64,000 nucleotides of DNA. Origin: Botryllus schlosseri (lineage: Eukaryota). Each line of letters starts with the position of its first letter. Within the stretch, counting starts at the first letter, position 1. The notes under the pieces were generated by a model. It ran no database searches and was not told the DNA's origin. It saw nothing but the letters and a program-made list of their open reading frames with translations. This document shows positions 63,296-64,000 of the stretch, one piece after another. The DNA is taken from contig CM119379.1 of assembly GCA_051294905.1 (NCBI GenBank), forward strand, positions 15,934,001-15,998,000. Direction: 5' to 3'. A program made the position numbers and the translations under genes.

Positions 63296-64000
63296 TAGGG
63301 ATGGTGTGAACGTGAGGTTCACATTCGCGTTCTGTGTGTGAACGTCAGACATTTTAGAGGTTCACGCTCACAATCGAACCTTGGTAGGTTCTGCACTGTG
63401 AACCTTTTACACATATTAAAATGTACACTTCATTATAACATCTTTGGTTGAAATTTATTGCATTTCAACTGCGGGCTACTCTATGAATGCCGATGGAAGC
63501 TTAAAAAAATCAACACTAAACGAGCATGCACCTTGACAATCTCAGAAATTTTACTTGCTTTGTTACAAAAGCCTGCTCGAAATATCTAGCTTTCCGCATG
63601 TGAATATTTAGTGACACTCTGCTTTGAGATTGACTCGCAATCACACAACATCACACTACATGTGGGAAAAGTAGTCTGCGAATGATGTTTATTCAACCAA
63701 TCAATGAATTTGATATTGTTGTCTGATGTAAAAAAAATCTAGCAGGCGTATACGAGGTCAATCTTGACTTCATATATGATTATGGTATCATAAAAACCAA
63801 ATCCGCGTGATTGGGGTGTTAGCTAGGGATGGTGTGAAGGTGGGGTTCACGTGCTCGTTCTGTGTATGAACCTCATAAATATACAGGTTCACGTTCACAA
63901 ACGAACCTGGTTCTGCACTGTGTGAACCGTTTTGATTTTTCACGTCATTGTAACGTCATTCTATGAAATTCTTGGCATTTTAATTTCGAACCAGTCTATG
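63296..64000 (+). mobile_element. GTGAAC-family MITE with a second copy starting inside it at 63824 (runs off the window)
   Basis: TAGGGATGGTGTGAA at 63296 and again at 63824. Confidence 0.8.

Overview
This is AT-rich eukaryotic (metazoan) genomic DNA with GT-AG introns. Compact introns, tight gene spacing and MITE density suggest an invertebrate such as an ascidian (inference, not shown). Most short ORFs in the track are artefacts. Four host genes were reconstructed by hand on the + strand: (1) the 3' part of SZT2 (KICSTOR subunit), 23 exons ending at 23451; (2) a 4-exon CHST1/3/5-type carbohydrate sulfotransferase (24519-26139); (3) an SRSF4/5/6-type SR splicing factor with an intronless CDS (26372-27412); (4) an 8-exon CYP2-clan cytochrome P450 (53328-60405, 475 aa). 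An 8.9-kb EnSpm/CACTA transposon (43851-52706) carries an intact 804-aa transposase and a damaged, spliced SAM-domain accessory gene. More than 15 MITEs (mostly hAT-type with 8-bp TSDs, one TTAA/Kolobok-like) and tRNA-derived SINEs fill the rest. Best observations: a MITE whose TSD duplicates an SZT2 splice donor, a MITE whose terminal TAG replaces a stop codon, a triple self-nested MITE, an intact transposase inside an otherwise aged element, a P450 lacking its membrane anchor and I-helix acid, and a possible SZT2-CHST-SRSF operon. No CRISPR array, rRNA or true tRNA gene was found.
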